From Fimicolochytrium jonesii (Eukaryota): 64,000 bases of DNA. Below, piece by piece: positions 1 through 10,929 of this stretch. The notes under the pieces were generated by a model. The model made no database searches and was not told the origin of the DNA. It saw nothing but the letters and a program-made list of their open reading frames with translations. The stretch is from assembly GCF_025526975.1 (NCBI RefSeq), contig NW_026515670.1:62001-126000 (forward strand), given 5' to 3'. A program made the position numbers and the translations under genes. The stretch's first letter is position 1; every line of letters starts with the position of its first letter.

Positions 1-80
1 AACGAGAGAGAGAGAGAGAGCGAAAAATGAGAAGGGGCGTTCCAATATCCGATCCCACCCAGATAGCAAATGCAGGACAC

Positions 81-2889
81 TTACAAAGGGATCATTCCAA
101 CCTTTCCTCTGTTCAAATTGCTCACCATCGCCCACCCATCGGCAAAGATCCGTTTCTCTTGCACGATATCGCCAGGACTCGCCTCAATCTCATCGGGTTG
201 CGAGGGGGTCGAGTTCCAGAGAACCTTGTACCTTTTATGTGTCGATGCCGGAGACGCCGGGACGGGAGAGTCCGCATCGCCGGTGTTATCACCACCGGGG
301 TGGGACGCGAACGCCGAGTTGAGGGCGGCGCCAGTGAGCGGAGAGTGGGCGCGGCGGCGAGAGTCGGAACGGTGTGGGGTGGCCGGCTGGTTCCTCACGG
401 ATCCCGGGGCAGAGCTGCGGGAGGCGGAAGCGCCTGCGGCAACCTGGTCGTTCTTTCCTTTTGCCAGAGGTACGGCGCGGTTTTCGAAATCGTTCAGGAG
501 ATCTTTGTTCTGATCAAAGGAGTGGTCTTTGCGGTGGCTGGAGGCGGCTGCTGCTCCGGCTCCGGCGGTAGACGATCCGCCGGGGGTGTGCGCTTTGCCC
601 TGTGCCACCTTGTTCTCGAATTGCGAGTTCAAGCTGTTGTCCTTCTGGCCGGGATGTTGCTGATTGCTGTAGTGAGCCAAGGCCGCACCCGTCGCCGCAC
701 CACCGGCGGTTGCAGTAGCCGCTCGGGAAGATGGACTATCACTTGCTGGAGCCGACCTCTGGATCATCTGCTCGCTGGAGGTGTCACGGTATCCGTTGTG
801 CCCAGTTGCGTGATGGCGGTGTCCATCCTTGTCATAGTACCCACTGGACCTTCGTTTCAATTCACGTCGACGCACCGCCCACGCACCAAGAAGGCAGCAC
901 AAAGCACTGCCGCCAATGATGGAGAAGGCCAGAGCGCCAAGAGCCTTGCTTTGGTAGTCCGCGCGGGCGGCGCGGGGGTCTTGCGTGTTTTGAGTTTGAA
1001 CGGAAACGGTGGAGGCGGAGGTAACGGTGCTCGGGTCTGACGAGCCGCCGGTGCCAGCAACAAATGGAAGAGGGACTGGGACGTTGTTGTTGCCAGAGTC
1101 GGAGCCGGTTTGCGCTGCTGCAGTCGGTGAAGATTCAGCTGGTGCTGCAGACGATGCGGCGCCGCCGCTGCCAGCAACAACTGGAAGAGGGACAACAGCG
1201 TTGTTGCCAGAGTCGGAGCCGGTTTGCGCTGCTGCAGTAGGTGAGGATTCAGCGGGCGCTGAAGAGGTTTCGACAGTGGCGGCAGGTGATGATGAGGGTG
1301 CAACAGCTGGAGCAGCTGGAGTAGCAGAGCTTGCAACAGCCGCGGCGGCGGCAGAGGTGGAGGGCGCCGAGACAGCCGCAGAAGACGCGGGCGAGGCCGC
1401 ATTAGCGGCCTGCAACAAGTTCCCGAGCGATGAAGTACTGGGCGCCCATCCGCTGCCACCCGAAGCGGCGCTGTTGAAGAAGTTGACGACAGGGTTGGTG
1501 GCACCTTGACCGCCGGCGATGCCTACGAACTTGTCGGCGATGTTTGCAATTTGAGCACCGGCGCGGTTACCGGGCGATGCGGTGGAGCTTTGCCGGCGGT
1601 GGATGGAATTGCGACTAAGAAGACGCGCTGGGCGGGTTGAGCGACGAGATGGGGAGGTGTTGGAGGAAGATGTGACCTTGAGAGTTGTGTTGCTGAGAAG
1701 GTAGATGTCTGGACGGCATGAGGCATTATTAGTGAGAGCCTTCCGAGTAATCCTAATATAGGAATCGCATATATAGAGTGGCTGCGAGACTGTGACAAGC
1801 AATACGCACCACCATGCTCCTGCCCTTGGTCGTCCACCCCACCAAATAACGCAATTTGGCTTCCAACTTTGACGCAGCTTCTTCCCCTCCTCGCCAGATT
1901 CACACCACTGATGGAAGAAGTCACTTCAGCCCAGTTGTTGGAAATGGTAGAGTAAACCCAGGCGTCGTTGAGGAGTTTGTTGCTATCTCCGACGCCGCCA
2001 AAGATGATGAAAGCAGTGTCGTTGAGCGCAGTGGCACAGTGCTCGGTCCTTCCAGCGGGCCAGGAGTCGGTGAACTGCCGTTCGGCTTGCAGATTGGAGA
2101 AAGTGACTTTGTGCAAGTCTCCTTGAATCGACGAAGATCCTTGTCCTAGATAGAATAACGACTTTTAGCTAACCGAAATTTAAATGCGAAAGACCCGAAT
2201 CCCGGAAAATCACACTCTCACCTCCAAAGATGTAGAACGCATTTCCAAGAGCTACCGACGAGTGATTGCTCCGTGGGACGATGTCAGTGTTGGTGTTTCC
2301 GCCCCATGTGTTGCTAGTGGGGTCGTACGTCGCAATTCCAGACGCGAAGCTTTTAGACCCAACCGATTGACCACCTAGAACGATGTGAACTGCTTAGAAG
2401 CGGGGATCTCTCCAACAGTGATCAAAAGAGACGTTCTCCATTGCTTACCAAAACAGTACACCTTGTCACCGGACTTGTCGTATTCGCAAGTCTGGCCCAC
2501 CACTGTTAGGCGGTTGGCTGTACCACTGCTGCTCCTTGAGGCAGCGGACTGGATGGACGCGACTTGTTTCGTCGAAAAGTCGAAAGAGGTGATGTTCGAC
2601 CCAATGGCTCGAAGTGCACGCGCATAGGCCGAACCTAATGCACATTGATATTTTGAGACATGTTAGAAGTGGCGCAAATGGGAGCCTGGAAGGGTGCCGG
2701 CGCCATCAAATCATTACCTGAGCCAGAAGCCGGAGCACCGCCAATCAACAACCATTTGTTGTTTACCACGACGCTAGCAGCGCCGACACGAGCATACTGA
2801 GTCGATGGCAGGTCCTGCGCGGACGCGATCTGGGCTCCAATCGTAGCTGCCAGGGCAGTGATGGCAACGATCGTCGTCGGCGGGGCCAT
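81..2889 (-). CDS. Multi-exon Kelch-repeat, Ser/Ala/Pro-rich, single-pass membrane protein with C-terminal SH3 domain; the 3' end probably runs off the window
   Basis: ATG at 2889 with signal peptide (MAPPTTIVAITALAATIGAQIASA). Kelch blades (LLIGG, VYCFGG, FYIFGG, GRTEHCATALNDTAFIIFGG, IALFGG) are joined across GT-AG introns at about 2717-2636, 2447-2377, 2221-2146 and 1808-1710. TM helix ALGALAFSIIGGSALCCLLGAWAV is followed by RRR. SH3 YKVLWNSTPSQPDEIEASPGDIV...DGWA...GKVGMIPL is followed by a GTAAGT donor near 83. Confidence 0.85.
1040..1265 (-). repeat. Intragenic tandem duplication of about 114 bp (38 aa) in the stalk of the Kelch protein
   Basis: APAESSPTAAAQTGSDSGNN...PLP.VAG occurs twice; DNA ttgttgccagagtcggagccggtttgcgctgctgcagt is seen near 1087 and 1201. 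Confidence 0.85.
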
Positions 2890-4477
2890 GATGAAGAATA
2901 TGGTGTATGGTTGATGCTGTGGTGGTTGCTAGACTGGACGTTCTACGTCGTATGAATGCAAACCACTGGATCTGGATAGCGATGCGTTTGCTACTTCACT
3001 TGGAGCGACCGCTTATAAGCAGGAGCGAAGACCCTGTGCCTTTCCTTGATACACCGTTAGAGATTTGGCCCAGCCAAGAAAACGCACTACGGAAAGGAGG
3101 CGGGACTTCAGGGAGACCCTGCTGTTTATACGTTCAAGGAATAGCCGAGACATGAAGGTCTCCATGATGTCCATAACACAATTACAAATGTTGTGCCCTG
3201 CTCAAAGCCGTAGGAACAGATCTCCAATCGAGCATGCACACGTCCTCTTGTGCATCATAATAGGCACGTCATCTTAAGACTCTTTCAGCAGGTAAGTCCG
3301 GTTCGGCCGGGGTTCGGCTATGACGCACGGGATCTCATATGTCTTCCTCGATCGAGATTCGTGTCAAGAGAGCTCATATAGGCAGGTGAGCGAACTGTTT
3401 ATCCATGTAGGTTAAGCTTCATGAAAGGATTGAGGACTTGTGTTTGAGAGGGAAGCCCGACTGGGGCAGGTAGGACGAGCAACTTAACGCTCCACGCGTC
3501 GTCGATGTGCGGAAACGAGATCGTCTAGTAGTACTGTAATGCGGTCCTGGGAGACTCTTTGAATGTGCTTGTATAGCAGCTGTCAAGTAGCCTCGAAAAG
3601 GGCCGTCCCGAGGCGGGAATCACGCAGATCTGCGGGTTCTGAGCAGGGGAATCCGTCTCATGCGGCGGCAAAATTTCTGTAGTCTGTGCGGCAAACGGCG
3701 GCAAAATGAACAATCCCAAGTCTTTCATCTATTTACGTAGAGGGTTTAGCAACCCTTGTCACCTTCATGGCGAACGGAAGCCCCACCTGTGCCGTTTTAG
3801 ACTCTGTCTTCGCGGTGCCTTCATTTTGGGCGGGCGGAGTTGCTTATGTCAGCAAACGCGAGGCGGCACTGTCGCATTTCCCGTCAACTCTCCCGCCGAC
3901 CGGTCTTCCCTTTCATCCGTGCAGGACGTGCAGCGCACGCCGTGGGCCTCTTGCAATGGCAGCTGCTGCCACGAGCCGTGCGTGGCATTTCAAGCGAACT
4001 GCACCGCTTGCCATGCAACCTAAACCCTTTTTTGTTCGTCGCGTCTGTCTCGGCCGTCATGGCTCGCACGATTCCGGCAAGGAGCAGTCTTGGCTGTAAA
4101 CACGAGTGACTTTCTCCTCGACAGCGTCTCCGCAACCACTCACAGTTGAGATGTGCTTGGGCGCACGTAATGATACATTGCTTGAAAAGTGCTCGCATTC
4201 AGGGGCGAAACACACATGAAAAGATATCCCGTCCAGATATGCCACAGATGCAACTCTCAGATCCAGCCTGAGAGCTTCGTTAAAGCTCACTCTGCAACTT
4301 TTTGGAACAAAGCGTCCTGGAGCCTTCCTCCTACAGCACATAGCACTTGAACAGCCAGAATACATCGTACCTACCGGAAGGGCGGCAAGATCCGCAGAGG
4401 CGAAGAACAACTCTATACAGGATAGGCGGCTTGTAAATGGTGTGTAATTTAACTTCTCTTCTGGCGGGTGGGGCGGG

Positions 4478-7400
4478 GTGTGCCGCACCAAACGAGGCTT
4501 GCCGCACGGCATCAAAACTCTCCATGCGAAAATATCTCGAGCATTGTCAGTCACTTCTAGCTCGGACAACTTCATCCAATTTCGCATATTTGTTCATTAC
4601 CAGGCGCTTTTCAGCACGGACTTGGACTTCCCAGACGACGTATTCGCTACACTTCTACATCCGGATTCCGAGGAACCAGCCGGCCCTACCAATATTGACG
4701 ATCTACTGACAACCTTCAATCTCGAGGAGATTGTCCCCACCCAAGCGGTCGCTACATTACCGTTGGATCTTAACGGACCATTACCGGTTGTTGCGACAAA
4801 GTCGCTACTTCCAGCGCTTTTAACGAAGGCCAGCTCTTTGCTTGGGATTGCGAGAAATAGAACCAGAACGATAGCCGCTCCAGGCAATGCAGGCCTAGGA
4901 TCGCTAGAGATCACCACCACCGAGCCTGCATTTGACGATGGCTTTAGTACCACTGAGCTGACAACACGAACGTTTGACATTCCTCAACCGACGTCCAGTC
5001 CACCCAGCCGGACAGCGCCGCCTTCACCGATCACGGACGTGCGAACGACGGCATCCGACTTCCGGACAACGACACAGAGTGAGGTGTCGTTCGCCGCCTC
5101 CAGCGATTCCCCCTCCCTCACGCCTGCATTTGGCGCCAGTGGTACGACTAGCTTCGTGCCGCTTGGAACTACTACAACCACTAGGGCCTTCGAATCTACG
5201 GAAAAGACAATCGGAATTGGCTCTGGAACGGTTTTCTCAACGACGAGCCGTGTCGGTGATAGTATACAGCTTTCGAGCACGAGAACACGGCCAGTCGGCA
5301 TCGGTAGCGTCGCAATAGCATCTTCCTCTGTGGAATTCCCATCCCCAGCCTGGAGCACAATTGGGATCACGCATCACATTCCCAGCATCACGTCAACTCC
5401 ACTCTCACGAACACGTACGACCATTGCTGAGACGGGGGACTCTTTTACGACACGGACAATTTCGGGTGGGGGGATTAGTGTAATCGGCGGTGCAGTTGAG
5501 TCTACGACGACCGTTCTTGTGACCCTTGGCGAACCTTCCCCCGAACCGCAGACCATCGCGGCGCCCACGGCAAACGAGCCGATTGGCGTGCCCGTCGTCA
5601 CGCTCACATCAACCGTGGCGGAAGGGGCCGAGAGTCGGTCTGAAGTGTTCGGCACCACGTCGGTTGGCATTGCCGCCCCGACAGTATCTTTCACGTCATT
5701 CAACGCAAATCGGTCGACCGCTGCGTCCTATTCCACTGAATCATCGGCACAGACAGAACCCATCTCTTCTCTGATCGTCCCGCAAACTTTCGCTTCAAGT
5801 GTCCCCCCAATCCCGACATACACGTCCACGTCTATCGGAAGGCCCACCACACCCTCTCCTTCTTCGGTGCGACCCACCAGTGGCCGCTCCATATCGTCGA
5901 AGACCTCGTACGCTCCATCCTCGAAGGCAGCATCAGAGACCAACAATCATCCCGTGACGACTCCGTCAACATCTAGACCTATCTCGACTCCCACCGTCAA
6001 GCGCACAAGAACTTCCCGCACTCCGACATCCACTAGACCTCCGCGGCCGACTTCAACGTCCCGCGTCGATACTACGATCCGCCGAACATCGTCGCATAGT
6101 GCTTCGCAAACACATTCGTCGACCAAATCTCGATCCGCACCAAGTACCTCAGCGTCCCCGTTATCATCCACTTCTCCGCACATTGCGAGTTTGCCCACAG
6201 TAACCCCAACCACATCAGATTTCGTTCTGCTCACGAGTCTAGTCACACCAGAGGCTTCTTACATAGCCTCTCTTCCCTTACCTTCATCAACGGTCCCACC
6301 GAATACCTCGGTACCCACCGCACCACCGCCCATTCCCTCCGCTACTGGGTTATCCTCACCTTACACTTTACCGACTTCCCCCCCTCCGCCACTTCCGACG
6401 TCAGTTTTTGATTCCAGCGTTACTCCGATCACGCCAACGCACACGACATCCACATTGGCAGCATCTTCAGCTTCACCATCAGCTTCACCATCCCCCTCTC
6501 GTCCCTTCACAACCCCCTCCGCAATGTCCTCTTACTCGTCGACGGCAGATATACCAATCACTCCGGGCTCTACAACTACCAGACTATCGTCACCGCGGTC
6601 AACCTTCTCATCCACGAGAGTCGCGTTCACTTCATCCACACAGGTTGCCGTGAGATACACGTCGACCTCGGCTGAGGACAGGAGCGAAGTTGTGCCAACT
6701 TCAACGAGGGAAACGGGTGTGTTTACGTCGAGCGTAGAGGTGGCCATCCCATCGACATCGAAACCGTATTCGACTATCCTCGTAGTTTCACCATCAGTGC
6801 CTGGTAGTACGGAAGCACCGTCCTTTGCGATAACATCGACGACGAGCCCATCTACCAGCAATGCAGCTGTTCCGTCGACAGTCAGTACGGGGGTATATCC
6901 GTGGCCGCCAGTCCCACCGTGGGACACGCCTGGGATTCCGTCAGCGTCGACGAGTTACAGCATACCCAGTGTCGTCTTCATCTCCACGTCAACGTCAGAC
7001 GCGGTGACGTACAGTACAGTGGCGGGGTTTACAAGCGAGTACGTTTCTCCAACGCTGACCGTAGCACCCGTCACGTCAGTTGCGTCGCCTTTCATCGTGT
7101 CTCCAGCCACCAGCAGCGTCAAAGGAGGTGGCGTTCCCATCCCTGTACCTGTTGTTGGCGGGGGGGAAACAACAGCCATCTTTGAGCCCGTTGTCGGTGA
7201 GACTTCCCTCGCGCCCGTTGGTACCGAAGTGCCGTTACCATCGTCGACCGTGGGCGAAACCACTGCGCCATCCGCGTCCCCGACCGTTGCTGTGGGCGAC
7301 GGGAGTAGTTCGAAAGCAGGGTTGATTGGGGGGATTGCTGGCGGGATCGGTGGCGGGCTGTTGCTCCTCCTCGGGGCATTGATATGGTCTAGATGTCAGC

Positions 7401-8554
7401 GAACAAAGGAGAGACATGCTCATGCCGGGGGCAGTGGAGGTCATGGAAGCGGCAAACCAAGCACTCTCACTGCGGGTGGGAGGCCGGCGGACAATATTCA
7501 TGGATCCGCGACCGTGCTGGACATTCCAGGAGAGGAGGGAGCGGCAGGAACGGATGGCATGGGGCAGGCCTCGGCGACGCAACACGTAGATACTCCCCAA
7601 CCCCAATCAGGCTCGAGTTCAGATGAAGCGGCAGGCCTCGGAGTAGGGCTAGCTGCCGGCACCGCCGCCCTCGGATTGCGTCCGTCGCGGTCCAGTCACC
7701 GCATTGATGTGCCAGCTGCATCGGAGACTCCATCACCTCAGCCCGCACGGGCCAGCGCCACACCTCGGCGAGCAGAGACATTGAGCTCGGTGGCCGACGA
7801 TCGCCCTCCCCCACCGTACGAATTTTTCTCTGATGCGTTTGCGGACGATTTGGAGGAGGCGGGCGACGGACAGTCAACGACGGGAAACCCGGGACCAAGT
7901 GGTAGTGGGAATGCGGCAGCTGCATTAGGTGCATTAGCATCCGCCTCCGTCTCATCGCTTGCCCCATCTCATACATCGCCCCGCTCACCGCCTCCACTGC
8001 GACCTCTTCCCGAAGTACCCCGATCGTCCGCCTCACTCGGATCAGATCAGAAGCCTCGCATCCCGTCGCCATTGCCTGTACCGCCGCGGTCCGAGGCGTC
8101 CACCGCGCACGGCTCAAGCAGCAAAGGCAAGCAGCCTGACATGCCATACCCGTCGTTCCATCACACCGCACCATCCATTGCAAGCGGAAGCAGCGCCACG
8201 CCTTCGGAGTTCACTCGATCGCCATCACCGTCCCTCTCAGAGGCATCGGCGGCAGCAGTGGCGGGTGTAGCGCCACACCACCATCATCCGAGCGCGTCGC
8301 CACGCTTTCTTGATGCAAAGATCCCCACTGGCCGCGGATCTCCTCAGCAACCAAATCAACCAGTGTGGTTCATTGCAACAATCCCGACGGCGTCTGGCAA
8401 GTTCACACCGACCGCGCCTGATGAGACAGAATTGGAGAATGGGGATATGGTTACTGTTATTCAGCGCTTCTCTGATGGTTGGTGCCGCATTATCAATGAT
8501 ACCCGAGGTGGGCGTGTTGGCATGGTTCCGGCACGTTTCTTGGCGAGGTGGTAG
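4478..8554 (+). CDS. Mucin-like Ser/Thr/Pro-rich single-pass membrane protein with C-terminal SH3 domain; true start probably in upstream exons (about 3767-4440)
   Basis: 1358-codon open frame with a long S/T/P-rich ectodomain, TM helix GLIGGIAGGIGGGLLLLLGALIW and SH3 FTPTAPDETELENGDMVTVIQRFSDGWC...GRVGMVPARFL. The frame has no ATG or signal peptide at its start, and there is a candidate acceptor (ttaccag) near 4603. Confidence 0.8.
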   Translation: MCRTKRGLPHGIKTLHAKISRALSVTSSSDNFIQFRIFVHYQALFSTDLDFPDDVFATLLHPDSEEPAGPTNIDDLLTTFNLEEIVPTQAVATLPLDLNGPLPVVATKSLLPALLTKASSLLGIARNRTRTIAAPGNAGLGSLEITTTEPAFDDGFSTTELTTRTFDIPQPTSSPPSRTAPPSPITDVRTTASDFRTTTQSEVSFAASSDSPSLTPAFGASGTTSFVPLGTTTTTRAFESTEKTIGIGSGTVFSTTSRVGDSIQLSSTRTRPVGIGSVAIASSSVEFPSPAWSTIGITHHIPSITSTPLSRTRTTIAETGDSFTTRTISGGGISVIGGAVESTTTVLVTLGEPSPEPQTIAAPTANEPIGVPVVTLTSTVAEGAESRSEVFGTTSVGIAAPTVSFTSFNANRSTAASYSTESSAQTEPISSLIVPQTFASSVPPIPTYTSTSIGRPTTPSPSSVRPTSGRSISSKTSYAPSSKAASETNNHPVTTPSTSRPISTPTVKRTRTSRTPTSTRPPRPTSTSRVDTTIRRTSSHSASQTHSSTKSRSAPSTSASPLSSTSPHIASLPTVTPTTSDFVLLTSLVTPEASYIASLPLPSSTVPPNTSVPTAPPPIPSATGLSSPYTLPTSPPPPLPTSVFDSSVTPITPTHTTSTLAASSASPSASPSPSRPFTTPSAMSSYSSTADIPITPGSTTTRLSSPRSTFSSTRVAFTSSTQVAVRYTSTSAEDRSEVVPTSTRETGVFTSSVEVAIPSTSKPYSTILVVSPSVPGSTEAPSFAITSTTSPSTSNAAVPSTVSTGVYPWPPVPPWDTPGIPSASTSYSIPSVVFISTSTSDAVTYSTVAGFTSEYVSPTLTVAPVTSVASPFIVSPATSSVKGGGVPIPVPVVGGGETTAIFEPVVGETSLAPVGTEVPLPSSTVGETTAPSASPTVAVGDGSSSKAGLIGGIAGGIGGGLLLLLGALIWSRCQRTKERHAHAGGSGGHGSGKPSTLTAGGRPADNIHGSATVLDIPGEEGAAGTDGMGQASATQHVDTPQPQSGSSSDEAAGLGVGLAAGTAALGLRPSRSSHRIDVPAASETPSPQPARASATPRRAETLSSVADDRPPPPYEFFSDAFADDLEEAGDGQSTTGNPGPSGSGNAAAALGALASASVSSLAPSHTSPRSPPPLRPLPEVPRSSASLGSDQKPRIPSPLPVPPRSEASTAHGSSSKGKQPDMPYPSFHHTAPSIASGSSATPSEFTRSPSPSLSEASAAAVAGVAPHHHHPSASPRFLDAKIPTGRGSPQQPNQPVWFIATIPTASGKFTPTAPDETELENGDMVTVIQRFSDGWCRIINDTRGGRVGMVPARFLARW

Positions 8555-8936
8555 GCGGCGTAGCATTGCTGCGTCCCGTTGAGAGGCATCGCTTGATGCT
8601 GTGCAACACCACAGGATTGGCGGCGAGGAGCCTTTTATGCGTCCTGGGACCAATCTTTCACTGCATTTTTTGGACTTTCCGCCCTACCGACCTTTCAAGC
8701 ACCTTTAATCTGTCACGAACCCCACAGTCAAACCATGTACACACGTTCCCGCCATCCGTAGGTAAACCAGTCAGCCCCGGTGAAGGCACTTGTTTAAATC
8801 AAACAACATACATACACGGAATACACACTAGGATGTTACACAGATCCAAGTCTAGCATTTCCTATTGTATAGCTCCCATGTGCAGATCGTTGATGCCTTC
8901 GGGGGCTCCTCTCTTCGCTGGACGCAGCTGCAATAT

Positions 8937-9470
8937 TCAATTGCTATCCGCGGCGTGCACCCGCGCCTCGCGGGCCTTCCACGCCGTCCGCTCGAAGCCC
9001 AGAGCTGGCGACGGAAGCAGCGTGTGACGGCGGTCGGCGAAACATCGGTACCCAATCGCCAGTAACCGGACTTGCAAGCGTTGGTGCGGAGAATGAACTT
9101 GTATGACGCAGTCATTTTCAATGAGAGCCCGCGGTATTTGCCTTTCTAAACTGAGATATCTAAGGTCCTCTCTAAGGGCGACACCCCTCGTGTGCACCGT
9201 CCTCATTCTATTCGTCTCCGGATGGCGGACTGGTTCTCTGACCCTCGCCGCGCCCTCAATCCGAGTAATCCCAAATGCGGTGGACCGGGAGATGCGATCG
9301 AGGCTTTCAACATGTTGCACGTCTTCCATCCTCCACCACCACAGGTCCACGCCGTCTACAGTCAAGTTTTGTGGCACGTAACCCAAACACCACAAGTAGC
9401 GGAAGAGCGCGATGGTCATTGCAAGCATCTCCTTGCCGAACTCCCATTGCTGCCTGCCGAAATCTTTCAC
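8937..9470 (-). CDS. Hypothetical protein, accessory island
   Basis: 177-aa frame with protein-like composition; no family recognised. Confidence 0.3.
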   Translation of the reverse strand: MKDFGRQQWEFGKEMLAMTIALFRYLWCLGYVPQNLTVDGVDLWWWRMEDVQHVESLDRISRSTAFGITRIEGAARVREPVRHPETNRMRTVHTRGVALREDLRYLSLERQIPRALIENDCVIQVHSPHQRLQVRLLAIGYRCFADRRHTLLPSPALGFERTAWKAREARVHAADSN

Positions 9471-9826
9471 CGCGCTACCGACACCGCTACCCCGACCACC
9501 ACCAGCACTACCAGCCCCTCCTGCCGAGGGCAGACTGCAAACTTACAAGATTTGTCGTTGCTGTTGTTGCTGTTGTTGTTAACGTTGATAGTGATCACCC
9601 GCTAACCGCAAGCTCCAGAGTTGGTGCGAACTCGGTCGTTCAGTTGAAGTCGCGGCTTTGCCTTAATCCATGCTTTCGTCCGCATATGAAGCCGACCTTG
9701 CCCTACAGCCTTGGGCGGCTTATGTTGCTGTTCACAAATCGTGAACGACTGACTATATTCCTCAAATACGCAGTTCTTTCATGATTGCCTGTCCTTGCAC
9801 TCATATCCTCTCAAGATTGACTCATA

Positions 9827-10501
9827 TCAGGGTTCAGGATGAGTTGAGGTAACTGAGACGCGATCAGCACCAACAACGGAACCAGCAGCACTAGCTCGCT
9901 GAGGAGCACGCTCGGTGCGCTGCTGCTGGACAATCTCATTCACTCTATTGTAATTGGTGATGAGTGCATCCGACCAGGTCTCACGAGGGACGAGGCTGAT
10001 AGTATCGATCCAAAGGCGCCCAGACTCCCTGATTTGGCGGGTGTCGGGGACAGGGCCATGCCTATCTAGACCGGCAAAAGCGATCTGGGCTATCTCGCGC
10101 TTAATGGCGAGTCTGAAAGAGGCATCATTGAGTGTGCCACAATAGATAAGCCAGGCTTGGAGCTCAATTGCATGCCAGGGAAGTTGGGCAATTTCAGCCT
10201 GAAACTTCAACATCTGGCGGGTAGCAGCATAGACATCATTGTCAAGCAGCACCCACAACGCAGCAACCGGGACAACACGCCCGGTTTCGTGCGTACTCAA
10301 AAGCCCACCAAGCCTATGCTTGGCTGCGGTGGGTATGGTCAAGAGTTTAACCAGTTGGCTAGGGAGATCAGACTCTCCCACGACCCCATCTCCTTCGTGA
10401 GTTGAAGAGAAGAGGTAATCGTCACTGCGTACTTTGGTGTGTTCCAGCAGCCTGAGAGGATATGAGTGCCTGTCCTTGCACTGAACATGGGTACATCTCA
10501 T
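9827..10501 (-). CDS. Hypothetical helical protein or fragment of a longer decayed gene
   Basis: 224-aa frame with globular amphipathic composition; upstream sequence looks coding but contains stops. Confidence 0.4.
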   Translation of the reverse strand: MRCTHVQCKDRHSYPLRLLEHTKVRSDDYLFSSTHEGDGVVGESDLPSQLVKLLTIPTAAKHRLGGLLSTHETGRVVPVAALWVLLDNDVYAATRQMLKFQAEIAQLPWHAIELQAWLIYCGTLNDASFRLAIKREIAQIAFAGLDRHGPVPDTRQIRESGRLWIDTISLVPRETWSDALITNYNRVNEIVQQQRTERAPQRASAAGSVVGADRVSVTSTHPEP

Positions 10502-10929
10502 ATCTTTCTCAAGATGTTCTGTTGATGGGGTGGTTGTCCTCCTCGAGGCCTCCGATCTTCCTTAGATTGACCGCGGGCTCTTCGTTCTCATCTCTGCCGT
10601 CGGATCCGAGTCAGATTCGAGAGTTACGGACGGGGAGTCGTGAACCCGAGGTAGTTACGCGACAGCGTAAAGGGACACAGTCCCGCAACCACCTCAGGTC
10701 GACGATCGCATGTCCCGCAGAATCTTCTCCATAATTTTGCTCAAATCATGTCCTCTGACTTTAGACAGTCTTTCCGGCCTCATGCAAGCGCGAGTCGGAG
10801 GGGTAACAATACTGGCACCAGTGATACATGTGTCATCATGATGGCGCGGAAAACAGATCTGGGAGCGCTACGAAGTTCTGCTAGTCGTGATTGAATGGTC
10901 GGTAGCAGCGTTGGCTGGTTCAGGGAGCG

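Noticed and set aside
27..1509. Long plus-strand ORFs (27-1040, 1009-1509) and similar antisense ORFs over other genes
   Set aside because: They are shadows of GC-rich real genes on the opposite strand and have no domain signal of their own.
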